Shown here piece after piece: positions 7,476 to 18,393 of a stretch of 64,000 nt of DNA; the first letter of the stretch is position 1; each line of letters begins with the position of its first letter. Source of the stretch: Candidatus Moraniibacteriota bacterium (lineage in GTDB: Bacteria > Patescibacteriota > Minisyncoccia > Moranbacterales > UBA1568). Where the stretch lies: contig JAQTYF010000001.1 of the NCBI GenBank assembly GCA_028688415.1, positions 336,627-400,626 of the forward strand, in the 5' to 3' direction. A model generated the notes under the pieces. The model worked only from the letters and a program-made list of their open reading frames with translations, made no database searches and was not told where the DNA came from. Position numbers and translations under genes: made by a program.

Positions 7476-8549
7476 TTACTTCACAAATCGTATTTGCAAA
7501 TTATATTTGATTCTTTTCTCGCCATTCTCCGTATAGAAATCACCGAATTTATGTCTCGTCGTACTAGGAGTGTCTAGTTTTGTATTGTCATACAAATAAT
7601 CCTCAAATTTATCTCGATTATAAATATGATAGCAGACAACATCACCATCTTCTTTGACGATAATATAACCGCCATGGGCGCTTGCATAACCGTCCCATTC
7701 CTTCTTCGGTGTCATACCTAAAGCGACATCAGATAAAAATCTCTTCATTTTAAATGCGAAATCTCTCTTGTTCAAATCAAGTTTCTTACAGAAATCTGCA
7801 TCATCAGAAACAGAATCTACCAAATCTGAAATCTTAGAGGCTTTACCCTTATAGTAATGCTTCAAAATTTCAGCGATCATCTGAGGAAAATTCGAATCCA
7901 CTTTTCTGAGATTTGTTCTGAATCCTTCATTATCCATGCTAACAAATTCCAGATGACCACCAGCATCATATACATGCTTGGATTTTTCCCTCACGGCAGA
8001 AATATTATTTTCAGAAGAAGCCTCGCTGAAACTCTCTACTACTTTATAAGTGAAATTCGTAGCACCAGATGCATTAAGGAGTGTCGAGGGTGAACCCAAC
8101 ATGGATTTGATACTGAAACCAAGTTCGGGAAATTCTGGTGATTTTTTATCATGCAAAACAATCGTAAGATCAGCCTTGTGTATATTGGAAGCTTTGATTT
8201 GAATACACCGTAAATCCTTCATCACACCTTCTGCTGATAAAACCTGAAAAGTGGTGCCATTTGAATTCTTCATTTCTTCAAAAATTTCTGCAACCTTCGA
8301 TTTTATCTTATTTATCTCAACAATATTACAAAATTCACTTTTCTCATCCCTGATTACTACGTTTCCATCTTGCTTGGAAATATCATAAGATTTTCGGCTC
8401 TCTGTTTCTTCTCGGATGATCTTTAAGACAATATGAAAATTATCCTTTAAGATCTCAAGGTTTTTATCTGCAGTAAACATCTTTCCATCTGTAAGGATTT
8501 TCAGAAAAGCATAAAACTCACTCCATTCCCCTTTATTTCCTTTTATCAT
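7476..8549 (-). CDS. HpaII-family type II restriction endonuclease
   Basis: N-terminal GNKGEWSE, GFSIKSMLGSPSTLLNASGATNF and C-terminal NLQIRF; overlaps the MTase stop. Confidence 0.85.
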   Translation of the reverse strand: MIKGNKGEWSEFYAFLKILTDGKMFTADKNLEILKDNFHIVLKIIREETESRKSYDISKQDGNVVIRDEKSEFCNIVEINKIKSKVAEIFEEMKNSNGTTFQVLSAEGVMKDLRCIQIKASNIHKADLTIVLHDKKSPEFPELGFSIKSMLGSPSTLLNASGATNFTYKVVESFSEASSENNISAVREKSKHVYDAGGHLEFVSMDNEGFRTNLRKVDSNFPQMIAEILKHYYKGKASKISDLVDSVSDDADFCKKLDLNKRDFAFKMKRFLSDVALGMTPKKEWDGYASAHGGYIIVKEDGDVVCYHIYNRDKFEDYLYDNTKLDTPSTTRHKFGDFYTENGEKRIKYNLQIRFVK

Positions 8550-9423
8550 AAGTATTCAATGATTCTATAATTGCCTTAGCGACAGCTTGTATGGCAGGAA
8601 CAGCTACAGCATTTCCAAGTTGCTTCATCGCCTGAGATTCTGATACTGGAAATTTATAACTACTTGGAAATCCCATCATTTTTTTACCTTCTATAGGAGT
8701 CAACTTTCTGACTTTTCCGTCCACAACATAAGAATCCCAATTTCTTCTGTCGTTTATACCCGAACCTCTGCCTCCAACTCTTAATGTATAACCAATTTCT
8801 TTTTCAACTTTTCCTCCGAATATATCAGACATTTTTTTCTTCAATTTCACTGGTTCAGGAAAAGAGAAAGGGATTTTCTTATTCTTAAAACCAACCATGA
8901 AAAGACGGGCTCTATGTTGAGGTAAATTAAAATCAGAGGCTTTAACTATTTTATAATGAAAGGAATACCCTAACTCTTCTTCTATCACTCTTTTTATTGT
9001 TGCGAACGTTTTACCATTATCGTGTTTCAACAAATGTCTTACATTCTCTATAAAAAATGCTTTCGGTTTTTTCTCTTTTATTATCCGAACAATGTTAAAA
9101 AAAAGTGTCCCTCTCGTATCTTCAAAACCTTTCTTGAATCCCGCTTGACTGAATGGCTGACAAGGAAAACCTCCTGTCAAAATATCAAAGTTTGGAATCT
9201 CTTTTGGTTTAACTTTTTCGATATCTCCTGCAAAATATCCTTTTTCAAACAATTCAGGTTCAACTTTCTTGAAGTTTGCTTCATAAGTCTTCCTTGCGGC
9301 ATCATTCCATTCACTAGAAAAAACACATTTTGCACCTGAATTTTTAAAAGCAATATGAAAACCTCCAATTCCAGCGAACAGATCTATGAATGTAATTTCT
9401 TTTTGAGCCTTTTTTTTGTGCAT
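8533..9423 (-). CDS. DNA (cytosine-5)-methyltransferase
   Basis: FAGIGG (motif I), GFPCQPFS (IV), ENV (VI), QHRAR (VIII), GNAV (X). Confidence 0.95.
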   Translation of the reverse strand: MHKKKAQKEITFIDLFAGIGGFHIAFKNSGAKCVFSSEWNDAARKTYEANFKKVEPELFEKGYFAGDIEKVKPKEIPNFDILTGGFPCQPFSQAGFKKGFEDTRGTLFFNIVRIIKEKKPKAFFIENVRHLLKHDNGKTFATIKRVIEEELGYSFHYKIVKASDFNLPQHRARLFMVGFKNKKIPFSFPEPVKLKKKMSDIFGGKVEKEIGYTLRVGGRGSGINDRRNWDSYVVDGKVRKLTPIEGKKMMGFPSSYKFPVSESQAMKQLGNAVAVPAIQAVAKAIIESLNTYDKRK

Positions 9424-9470
9424 GTTGATATTTTAAGCTTCCTAGATTATCGACAATATTATCACGATTC

Positions 9471-10157
9471 TTAACTCCAATCAAATGATTGATTTTCTAA
9501 TTTGAACAGAGTTTTCATGCTTTGATATATATCTTTTGTTACTATGACATGGTCAAAAATCGGCATATCAAGTATCTTTCCTGCGTGCACCAATTTCTTC
9601 GTCATTTCCACATCTTCCGGGGAAGGTTCGAGGTCTCCTGATGGATGATTGTGAGCGATGATGATACTCGCAGAGTGGAGAGCGACTGCTGGTTCGAATA
9701 CTTCTCTCGGATGGACGAGGCTCGCATTGAGCGTGCCGATAGAGATGATTTGTCGTTCGATGAGACGATTTTGTGTATCAAGATAAAACGCAACAAAATG
9801 TTCTTTCTTCGAATCACGAAAATCCATACATGATTTCCATACATCCTCCGGAGAGAGTATTTCTTGATTGCGATTCGATTGCAGACGCTTTCCTAATTCG
9901 ATGACGGCAATTATTTGAGAGGCCTTCGCTTTTCCGAGTCCCCTTGTTTTGAGAAGTTCCTCAAAGGTTATTTTCTCTGCTCCGTCTCGTATGAGCATTT
10001 TGAGAATTCTCTTGGATAATTGGAGAACATTCAGCCCCTTCGTACCTGATCCGAGGAGAATGGCAAGGAGTTCATAATCTGCCAATTTCTCTGTACCATA
10101 TCTTGCGAGCTTTTCTCTCGGCAGATCAACTTTCGGCAAATCTTTTATCTTCGACAT
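9471..10157 (-). CDS. radC: RadC-family JAB/MPN protein
   Basis: PREKL...ELLAILLGSG, VHPREVF, AHNHPSG..PSPED, DHVIV; start placed at MSKIKD. Confidence 0.92.
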   Translation of the reverse strand: MSKIKDLPKVDLPREKLARYGTEKLADYELLAILLGSGTKGLNVLQLSKRILKMLIRDGAEKITFEELLKTRGLGKAKASQIIAVIELGKRLQSNRNQEILSPEDVWKSCMDFRDSKKEHFVAFYLDTQNRLIERQIISIGTLNASLVHPREVFEPAVALHSASIIIAHNHPSGDLEPSPEDVEMTKKLVHAGKILDMPIFDHVIVTKDIYQSMKTLFKLENQSFDWS

Positions 10158-10278
10158 ATTTTTTGTCTCAATAACAGCAAAATACGGCATCTTCCAAATC
10201 TCCCCACCTCTCCAATCTACTCCTTTTTCTCTCTCTCGTAAACCCACCGTCTGAAAAAAATATTGTGGTGAGATAAGG

Positions 10279-10304
10279 AAAACAAGCCAAAATATGGCTT
10301 GTTT
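10279..10304. terminator. Hairpin downstream of the sugar transferase gene
   Basis: aaacaagcca-aaata-tggcttgttt inverted repeat. Confidence 0.55.
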
Positions 10305-10334
10305 GGAAGTATCTGAGGAAAAGTGTCCGCCTCT

Positions 10335-11762
10335 CTACTTCTTACTGTTCTTGCGACGGCGAAGGAGAGCTCCAGCGGTCTTGAAACAGACGAGAATATC
10401 GAGCCAGAGCGACCAGTTCTCGATATAGAACACATCGAGATGGAACTCGTCTTCGAAAGCGAGATCAGAGCGTCCGGACACCTGTGCCATACCCGTCACG
10501 CCTGGTTTGATAGTGAGCAAGCGACGATGATACTCGGAATAGCGTGCGACTTCACGTTCCTGATGAGGTCGTGGACCAACGAGACTCATACTCCCCTCGA
10601 GAACATTGAAAAATTGTGGAAGCTCATCGAGTGAGAATCGTTCGATGAAGGCACCAACTCGCATCTTGCGTGGATCATCCTTGATCTTGTAGAGAACCCC
10701 TCCCTGACGTGTATTGCGTTCTACGATGAGTTTCTGCTCATACGCCATCGCTTCATCGAGATGCTTGTTCTCATCCGTGATGCAGTATTTCCAGAGCATA
10801 TAACGGAATTTGTAGACAAGAAATTTCTTGCCATTTTCTCCGATACGTTCGTTCTTGTAAATGATGGGACCATCTGGGTCTTCGAGTTTGATAAGAAGAG
10901 CGATAATCGCCATAAACGGTGAAAAGAGCACGAGCAAAACAAATCCAGCAATGAGATCGTAAATGCGTTTCAGTACCCGTCCCCAACCATCGAGCGGTGT
11001 ATGCTGAAACTCGATAATCGGTTCGCCATTGAATATCTGCATCGAAAAATTGGTTGTCTGGAGTACGGTCGGAAAATATCGATAGAGAATATTGTTGATC
11101 TGACAGTAGTCGAAGAGTTTTGCTTGTTCGTCGTCGGTAATGGACGTGTCACCGATGATGATTTCATCGATACCCTTCATCTGTCGAATGTCCTTGATAT
11201 GAGAAACACTGGCATCATCAATATGGTCGACGACTCGATAACCGAGTTCTTTTTTCATTTGCAAGAAAGTTTTCATTTTTTCCATCTTGGCATTGAAGCC
11301 GATCAGAAGTACACGATGCATACCGATGCCTTTGTTCACGAGGAGCCACTTCTGGATACGCTGGATGACATATCGGGCGGAGACGACATAGATAACGGCA
11401 AAAAACCAACCAATGATAATGACGAAACGAGAAGAAAACCATTCCCTATTGAGAAACACAGCGACAATCAATATGATGAGTCCGAGCGTGATAGATTTGG
11501 CAACGCCATACGCTTCTTGCCAGAATCGTCGTGTCACTCGCATCCGATACAGACCCTCGAGAGCGAGGATAAAAATGAAGAAAGGCGCTACGGTAAATGC
11601 AAAGTCGAGATAATCATTGAACGTCAGGTTGAACACGCGAGAGACATAGCTCTCAAATATCGGTAGTCCACGAAGAAAATAGGCAGTAATAGCTGCCAAG
11701 ACAATCATAGCGAAGTCCACAGGGACCTGAATACTACTGAAGAATATTTCTGAACGTTTCAC
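10335..11762 (-). CDS. Polyprenyl-phosphate glycosylphosphotransferase (WcaJ/WbaP-like sugar transferase)
   Basis: N-terminal TMs; [32 protein letters not shown] and [10 protein letters not shown] motifs. Confidence 0.93.
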   Translation of the reverse strand: MKRSEIFFSSIQVPVDFAMIVLAAITAYFLRGLPIFESYVSRVFNLTFNDYLDFAFTVAPFFIFILALEGLYRMRVTRRFWQEAYGVAKSITLGLIILIVAVFLNREWFSSRFVIIIGWFFAVIYVVSARYVIQRIQKWLLVNKGIGMHRVLLIGFNAKMEKMKTFLQMKKELGYRVVDHIDDASVSHIKDIRQMKGIDEIIIGDTSITDDEQAKLFDYCQINNILYRYFPTVLQTTNFSMQIFNGEPIIEFQHTPLDGWGRVLKRIYDLIAGFVLLVLFSPFMAIIALLIKLEDPDGPIIYKNERIGENGKKFLVYKFRYMLWKYCITDENKHLDEAMAYEQKLIVERNTRQGGVLYKIKDDPRKMRVGAFIERFSLDELPQFFNVLEGSMSLVGPRPHQEREVARYSEYHRRLLTIKPGVTGMAQVSGRSDLAFEDEFHLDVFYIENWSLWLDILVCFKTAGALLRRRKNSKK

Positions 11763-11894
11763 CCTATTAGAATTAACAGATTATATATCACGAATACCCT
11801 GATAATAAACGTACCCTATTGAATAATCGACATTACATTTTATAGCCAAAAAATTCTAACAGGGCGAGTTTTCTGAAATAATATTTATCGTTCT

Positions 11895-12249
11895 TTTCCA
11901 AAACAGACCTATAAGCCGGATTCTGTCTCTCCTTTGCAGAAGAGGATCATCATTTCTCTTGGTATGCCGTTGCCGACACACTCTTGGCGGTTCTCTCCGA
12001 TTGCTCAGAGCACGACCTTGCACTCGGGTAAGGATTTAGCTGTTGCATCCCCTATGTTTCCATAGGACTGAACCCTTGCAGGTCCTCTCCTCTCTTTCGG
12101 GAGGAGACATCTCTGTTCGCACCTCGCACCTCACGGTGTATGGGAATTACCCATTACCTGCTGTCAACCGAAGTTGGCGAGTGTCCGGACTTTCCTCACT
12201 CCTGTTCCTTGCGAAACAGGTCGCGCGATAATCCAATCTGTTCTGGAAA
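11895..12249 (-). ncRNA. rnpB: RNase P RNA
   Basis: Minus strand GAGGAAAGTCCGGACAC near the 5' end and ACAGAATCCGGCTTATAG near the 3' end; ends complementary (P1: ccagaacagatt / ggtctgttttgg). Confidence 0.95.
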
Positions 12250-12326
12250 AGAACGACAAATCATTCAAAATAGGCACAATTACAATTATAGCACAAAAAC
12301 TCATTTTTGTCCATAATAAAACTCGT

Positions 12327-14738
12327 TTAGAGGCGTAAACGAGCGTCAAATCGTTCACTGGCCAAAGCAACAATCCGGTCAAAAGCGTCGTCCATCTCCT
12401 GACTGGAGAGTGTCCGGTCAGAAGCGCCGAAAGAGAGATGGAATGCGAGACGCTTCTCATCATCTTGTTCGTACAAATCAAAAAGTTCACATTTCTGAAG
12501 CAGTGGCGATCCGACTTCTTCGAGAAATTGTCGCACTTCTGCTACCGTCACCTTCCGTCCACTGACAGATGGAAAGGTGAGCGAAATATCGCGAACAGCG
12601 TAAGGAAACTTCTGAAGTGGAGTAAAAATTCTTTCCTGATTCTGGAGTTGTCCGAGCGTGACGGTATCTATCTCTGCTACTGCGAGACGTGATTCGAGAC
12701 CGTAGGCTTTCAGTGTTTTCGGATGGAGTTCGCCGACGATACCGCAGACCTTCCCCTGGGCGACGAGCACAGCGCTCCGTGTCGGATGGAACATCGCGAG
12801 TGTCGGCAACACGCTCATATATTTTTCTGGTACTTCCCAGAGTATGGCGCGATTATCGATATGGAGGGTCTCACAAAGCTGTTCAACATGTCCCTTCATG
12901 ACAGAGAATGCATTTGTCTCAGAGTATCTTTTCTTGGAAAGCACGGTAACGAGGCCGAATGATTTGGTTTCAATCGGTATTTTTTTCTTGGTATCTTTGA
13001 TAAAAATACTCCCTGATTCAAATATATCAAACGTATCGAATGATCGGAGATTTTCCTTGGTCTTGCGAAGTAAGAGCGGAAGAAGTGTCATACGGAGATA
13101 CTTCTGATCAGGACTGAGTGGGTTCTCGAGTTCTAGGTGTTGTTCGAATGGAAGAGACGCTCCGACGATTTCTTTTTCTCCATAGAAAGAGTACGTCATG
13201 ATTTCATCAAACGATGAATGAGCGAGACACTGCTTCATTTCTCGTTCCAGTGTTTTCAGTGGATTGTTCGGTATCGTCTCAAGAGGGAGGAGTGGTGCGA
13301 CTGCGGGAACTTTGTCATACCCTCGCATACGGGCGATTTCTTCGACGAGGTCCCACTCATCACGCAGATCGGGACGACGAGTCGGGACTGTGACGTCGAG
13401 TGTGTCTTGATGCTGTATTTTCTTCACCGTCAATCCGAGTAATGCGAGATACTGAACAATCTCGAAAAGAGGTACAGAAGTTCCGAGTATGTTTGTGACG
13501 GTCGATATCGGAAGAAGAATCTTCCATGGTTTGGCAATTTTCGGATAGACATCTCGCATACCAATGAGCTTGCCTCCAGCAAGAGTCGAGACGAGAGCGA
13601 CGACTTCGTGAGCCACTTCTCCAGGCAGGTTCGGATCGAGACCGCGTTCGTATCGATAACTCGCATCCGTCGAGAGATTGTGTCTCGTCTTGGTACGACG
13701 AATCGTCGATGCATCAAAAGTCGCGATTTCAACAAAGATATTTTTTGTCTCAGTCGTGATACCAGAATATTTACCTCCCATCACACCTGCGAGTGCGAGC
13801 ACTTTTTTCGTATCGGTAATGACGAGATCATCAACGGTCAATTTCTTCACTTCACCAGTGAGAAGTGTCAGTTTTTCATTCTTCTTGGCCTTGCGAATGG
13901 TGATGGCAGGAGCGAGGGTATCCGTATCAAAGGCGTGTATCGGCTGACCAGTGAGAAGCATGATGTAGTTCGTCATATCGACGATGTTGTTTATCGGGCG
14001 GAGACCAGAGAGAATGAGTTTCACTTTGAGCCAGAGCGGTGATTCCCCTATCACGATATTGGTGAAAGCAAGTCCGAGATACCGTACGCATGCTTTCTTG
14101 TCATCGATAATCACTTTCGGTGAACGATTGTACGAAGGGATGCGGAGTGTGGTTTTCTTCTTCTCGACTACCTGTGGTGTGTGTCTATCGAGAGCAGAAA
14201 TCTCGCGTGCGAATCCTCGGAAAGCAATCGCGTCCGATCCTCGATCAGGCAGTACTTTCGCTTCGATAATCGTATCATCGAGACCGACAAAGTTCACAAA
14301 AGACGCACCGACAGGAGCATCCTCTGGAAGAACGAGTATTCCTGCATGATCATCACCGAGACCGAGTTCCCGAGCAGAGCAGACCATTCCACTCGATTCG
14401 ATACCACGGAGTTTCGCAACCGCAATATGGATACCTCCTGGGAGATCCGTCCCTGGGAGAGCGACGGCGACTTTCTGTCCTTCGGTAATATTGGGAGCAC
14501 CACACACGATCGTGCGAATATCTTTCTTGCCAACCTGGATCTGTGTCACGTGCAATTTATCAGCATCAGGATGCTGTGCCACCGAGAGGACGTGTCCAAT
14601 GATCACTCCTTCGATACCATGATTGAATTTCTCGATGCCCTCCACTTCAAAAGAATGCTTCAAAAGAAGTTTCGCGAGTTGGTCGGCATTTTTTTTGGTA
14701 CCGGAGAGTTCTTTGATGAATCGATATGGATAATGCAT
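12327..14738 (-). CDS. pheT: Phenylalanine-tRNA ligase beta subunit
   Basis: HPDADKL, IVCGAPN, RYERGLDP, RRPDL..EEIAR and C-terminal FDX-ACB domain. Confidence 0.97.
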   Translation of the reverse strand: MHYPYRFIKELSGTKKNADQLAKLLLKHSFEVEGIEKFNHGIEGVIIGHVLSVAQHPDADKLHVTQIQVGKKDIRTIVCGAPNITEGQKVAVALPGTDLPGGIHIAVAKLRGIESSGMVCSARELGLGDDHAGILVLPEDAPVGASFVNFVGLDDTIIEAKVLPDRGSDAIAFRGFAREISALDRHTPQVVEKKKTTLRIPSYNRSPKVIIDDKKACVRYLGLAFTNIVIGESPLWLKVKLILSGLRPINNIVDMTNYIMLLTGQPIHAFDTDTLAPAITIRKAKKNEKLTLLTGEVKKLTVDDLVITDTKKVLALAGVMGGKYSGITTETKNIFVEIATFDASTIRRTKTRHNLSTDASYRYERGLDPNLPGEVAHEVVALVSTLAGGKLIGMRDVYPKIAKPWKILLPISTVTNILGTSVPLFEIVQYLALLGLTVKKIQHQDTLDVTVPTRRPDLRDEWDLVEEIARMRGYDKVPAVAPLLPLETIPNNPLKTLEREMKQCLAHSSFDEIMTYSFYGEKEIVGASLPFEQHLELENPLSPDQKYLRMTLLPLLLRKTKENLRSFDTFDIFESGSIFIKDTKKKIPIETKSFGLVTVLSKKRYSETNAFSVMKGHVEQLCETLHIDNRAILWEVPEKYMSVLPTLAMFHPTRSAVLVAQGKVCGIVGELHPKTLKAYGLESRLAVAEIDTVTLGQLQNQERIFTPLQKFPYAVRDISLTFPSVSGRKVTVAEVRQFLEEVGSPLLQKCELFDLYEQDDEKRLAFHLSFGASDRTLSSQEMDDAFDRIVALASERFDARLRL

Positions 14739-14785
14739 ACGTTTTTTCTTTTCTCATTACAAATAGCTTCCTCCTCTAAAAAAAT

Positions 14786-15847
14786 CTAAAACTGACGAAT
14801 AAGGCGGAGATCACCTGACATCAGGAGACGTATATCAGGAATCTTGTACTTCATCATCGCGAGACGAGTGAGACCGAATCCCCATGCGAATCCCTGATAC
14901 TGTCCACGCTTGTATCCTACTGATTCAAACACGTGCTGATTCACCATACCAGCACCACCGATCTCGAGCCAGCCAGTCTGCTTGCACGTCGGACATCCTT
15001 TCGCATCACAGATGATACAGCTGATGTCAAATTCGAATGACGGTTCCGTAAAAGGAAAGAAACTTGGCCTGAGACGCACAGAAACGTCTTTGCCAAAAAA
15101 TTTCCCAAAGAATGTTTCTGCAATGTATTTGAACGTCGCCACGGTCACTTTGCCCGGCTCATCTACCATGAGACATTCGAATTGATGAAAAGTAGACTCA
15201 TGAGAGGCATCAGTTGCTTCATTGCGGAACACTTTTCCTGGAACAATAATCCGAAATGGCGGTTTATTTTCCTTCATAAAACGGACTTGTACAGCAGAGG
15301 TTTGTGTTCTCGGTAGATAACGACTTTCTATATTCTTTCCTTTTTTCAATCCACCCTTCGTCTGGGCAAGCCAAAAAGTATCCTGCATATCGCGTGCCGG
15401 ATGATCAGTCGGAAAATTGAGGGAATCAAAATTATAGTGTTCTGTCTCTACTTCTGGTCCATCAGCGAGAGCAAAGCCCATCGAAGAAAAGATGTCCTGA
15501 ACTTCGTTTTCGAGAATGGTGATCGGATGAAGATGTCCAGTAGACATAGCAACACCAGGAGTCGTCACATCGATACGCTCCCCTTCCCAATCAATACTCT
15601 TTTCTGCAATAATATTTTTCGCTTCTTCGAAAATGCGATACAGAGTTTGCTTGGTCTGATTGCCGAGTGGACCGATGATTTTCTTTTCTTCGGGAGTGAG
15701 ATCCTTCAGTCCTTTCAGAATATCATTCAATTCGCTCTTGCGACCGAGATATTTCACCTCCCACGTTTCCAAAAGCACCATCGTAGACACTTCTGCGAGA
15801 GATAATTCCGCTTCTTCAGCAATTTTTTTGATTCGTTGTTGTAACAT
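14786..15847 (-). CDS. pheS: Phenylalanine-tRNA ligase alpha subunit
   Basis: HPARDMQDTF, FPFTEPS, GFAWGFG. Confidence 0.97.
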   Translation of the reverse strand: MLQQRIKKIAEEAELSLAEVSTMVLLETWEVKYLGRKSELNDILKGLKDLTPEEKKIIGPLGNQTKQTLYRIFEEAKNIIAEKSIDWEGERIDVTTPGVAMSTGHLHPITILENEVQDIFSSMGFALADGPEVETEHYNFDSLNFPTDHPARDMQDTFWLAQTKGGLKKGKNIESRYLPRTQTSAVQVRFMKENKPPFRIIVPGKVFRNEATDASHESTFHQFECLMVDEPGKVTVATFKYIAETFFGKFFGKDVSVRLRPSFFPFTEPSFEFDISCIICDAKGCPTCKQTGWLEIGGAGMVNQHVFESVGYKRGQYQGFAWGFGLTRLAMMKYKIPDIRLLMSGDLRLIRQF

Positions 15848-15873
15848 ACTGGTATTCTATCAGCTTTTGCAGT

Positions 15874-17088
15874 TTATTCAAAAATAACGCGGACGAAATC
15901 TTTTTTTCCGACACGCAGAACCTGGCGATCAAAACGTTCATCAAGAATCGTATTCACATCACTGATTTTTTCTTGATTGAGAGAGACCGCTCCTTGATCG
16001 ATCTTTCTCCGAGCATCTGATTTGCTCTCGGCGAGTCCGAATCCTGCCATCATATCAATCAGTTTCTCGCCCCGGTCAATCTTGATCTCGCGAACGTCTT
16101 CTGGAATGTGTCCTTTCGAGAATGTATCGATGAAATATTGTTTCGCTTTCTCTGCTTCTTCTTTTCCATGATAGAGTGTCACAATTTCTTCTGCGAGGCG
16201 AACTTTCGCATCGCGAGGATTGCCACCGGTCACGATTTCTTCGGCTCTCTTGGCAATCTCATCGAGCGAAACATACGTACAATCAACAAACATCTGTATA
16301 ATCATTTCATCGGAGAGGGCCATGGTCTTGCCAAACATATCTTGAGGAGAATCATTGAGTGCGATGTAGTTTCCTTCGCTCTTGCTCATTATTTTCTTCT
16401 TCGTTATCGGATGTTCGAGAAGTGTCGTCGCCAAGACAAATTTTTCTTTTTGATGGAAAATTTTCTGGAGCGTCCTCCCTGCGAGCATATTAAACGTCTG
16501 ATCCGTCCCTCCGACTTCGACATCGACATCCATAGCAACACTATCATACCCTTGAAGCAGTGGGTACAAAAATTCATTCAGATACACAGGATGACCGCTT
16601 TCTATTCGTTTCTCAAACATATCTCGTTCGAGCATTTGCTGTACGGTGAAATTCTGAGAAAGACCAATAACATCCCCGAGATTCATCTGTGCCAGCCACT
16701 CACTGTTTCTTTTGAGAAGTGCTGGATTTATCTTTGCATCAAAATCGAGTAATTTAGAAACCTGATCTTTCCAAGTCGCAATATTTTCTTCGACTTCTTC
16801 TTTGGTCAGTGCTCGTCTCTCAGTCGCACGTCCACTCGGATCCCCGAGCATCGCAGTGAAGTCACCAAACAGAACAATCACTTCGTGACCCAATTGTCGA
16901 AAACGTTCGAGCAACATAAAGTTAGTAGCGTGCCCCAAATGAAGTTGTGGCCCAGTAGCATCTGCTCCAATATAAATACGGAGCTTTTTATCACTCATCA
17001 AAACTTCTTTTAATTTTTCTTTGGACGGTAAAATATTTGCCACACTTCGTGTCAAAAGTTCTTCTATTTGTTGTTCTTTGTTCTCCAT
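15874..17088 (-). CDS. tyrS: Tyrosine-tRNA ligase
   Basis: HLGH, YPLLQGYD, GGTDQ, MSKS and C-terminal S4 domain. Confidence 0.97.
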   Translation of the reverse strand: MENKEQQIEELLTRSVANILPSKEKLKEVLMSDKKLRIYIGADATGPQLHLGHATNFMLLERFRQLGHEVIVLFGDFTAMLGDPSGRATERRALTKEEVEENIATWKDQVSKLLDFDAKINPALLKRNSEWLAQMNLGDVIGLSQNFTVQQMLERDMFEKRIESGHPVYLNEFLYPLLQGYDSVAMDVDVEVGGTDQTFNMLAGRTLQKIFHQKEKFVLATTLLEHPITKKKIMSKSEGNYIALNDSPQDMFGKTMALSDEMIIQMFVDCTYVSLDEIAKRAEEIVTGGNPRDAKVRLAEEIVTLYHGKEEAEKAKQYFIDTFSKGHIPEDVREIKIDRGEKLIDMMAGFGLAESKSDARRKIDQGAVSLNQEKISDVNTILDERFDRQVLRVGKKDFVRVIFE

Positions 17089-17124
17089 AAAGATTTTTTA
17101 TTTCACCATTCGATTAACTCTGGA

Positions 17125-17451
17125 TCATTTGAGACCGAGTTTGGCTTTGGTCAGACGATACTGATCATCAGAAATCTGTCTTGCTTTGCGCATCGATTCG
17201 AGCGAGGCAAGGATTTCTGTTTTGTTCTTTTCGATATTTTTCGGTGTCATTGCCTTCTTCATCATCTTCTCTCGTTCTGCTGGACTCATATTCATGAGAC
17301 GCTTCATCGCAAAACGCTGAAACATATTCATATCTTTCATATCGGGCCAGCCCGCAGGAGCTACGCTTCCAGCGTTGCTGGCGGGCATCCCGGGGATAGT
17401 TGGGAGCTCTTCTTTGTTATCATCGTTCTTGCTGAAAGGATTCCATTTCAT
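17125..17451 (-). CDS. Hypothetical Met-rich protein with SHOCT-like C-terminus
   Basis: 108-aa ORF between secF and tyrS; ends ISDDQYRLTKAKLG. Confidence 0.65.
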   Translation of the reverse strand: MKWNPFSKNDDNKEELPTIPGMPASNAGSVAPAGWPDMKDMNMFQRFAMKRLMNMSPAEREKMMKKAMTPKNIEKNKTEILASLESMRKARQISDDQYRLTKAKLGLK

Positions 17452-17490
17452 AAGTATGTAGATAGTTGATAAATGATAATTGATCTTGCG

Positions 17491-18387
17491 TTATCCTCGC
17501 ATCTTCATCTTATACCGTGTCACGAGGAGTGCCGATGCTACATAGATAGAAGAGTAGGTTCCGAATGCGACACCGATGAGTATTGCCAGTGCGAAGTATT
17601 TGATACTTTCTCCTCCGAACAAGACAATCGCTAGGAGTGTAACGATAACCGTAAACGAAGTATTGAAAGATCGTCCGAGGGTTTCATTGATTGAACGATT
17701 GACCGTAATCTCAAAATCTTCTTTTTTGTTCGAGCGGAGGAGATTCTCACGGATACGATCATAGACGACAATGGTATCATTGACGGAATAACCGAGAATA
17801 GTGAGAAGTGCTGCCACAAAAGGAACACCGATTTCTACGCCATAAAATTCTCCCAAGAAAGAGAACACACCAATCGTAACGATAATATCATGCGCCAGTG
17901 CAATAATAGCACCCAATCCATATTCCCATGATCCTACGAGTCCAGACACACGACGGAAAGCCCAGGCAATATAGAGAGCGATACCGATGATAGAGAGGAT
18001 GATACCGATGATTGCTTGTTTCTTGATTTGTTCGGAAACCGATCCGCCAATAAAGTCTGTGCGGAGAAGGAGAATATTTTCATCAAAACTCTGAAGCTTT
18101 TCCAATACCTGTTCATTCGCCACTTCATCAGATGCCAGATAGCGAAGAAAGAGAGACCTCTCTCCTGTCGGTTGTATCGTCAGACTTTGGAGGGAAAATG
18201 GGGCAAGCGATTCTGTGATCACACCTATAGCAGGCACTGTTTCAGAGAATTGCACTTCCATCAGCGTTCCTCCTTTGAAATCAATACCGAGGTTCAGTCC
18301 CCAGACAAAAAGCGCTCCAATGCTCAAGAAAACAGCTCCGAGTGAGAAAATGTACAGGTAAACTCTTTTTTGAATAATATTTATCAT
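17491..18387 (-). CDS. secF: Protein translocase subunit SecF
   Basis: GIDFKGGT, GYSVNDTIVVYDRIRE. Confidence 0.96.
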   Translation of the reverse strand: MINIIQKRVYLYIFSLGAVFLSIGALFVWGLNLGIDFKGGTLMEVQFSETVPAIGVITESLAPFSLQSLTIQPTGERSLFLRYLASDEVANEQVLEKLQSFDENILLLRTDFIGGSVSEQIKKQAIIGIILSIIGIALYIAWAFRRVSGLVGSWEYGLGAIIALAHDIIVTIGVFSFLGEFYGVEIGVPFVAALLTILGYSVNDTIVVYDRIRENLLRSNKKEDFEITVNRSINETLGRSFNTSFTVIVTLLAIVLFGGESIKYFALAILIGVAFGTYSSIYVASALLVTRYKMKMRG

Positions 18388-18393
18388 ATTCTT

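Noticed and set aside
7476-9423. Assigning CCGG specificity to the R-M system
   Set aside because: Family membership does not fix specificity, and CCGG sites occur in the window; needs methylome data or REBASE comparison
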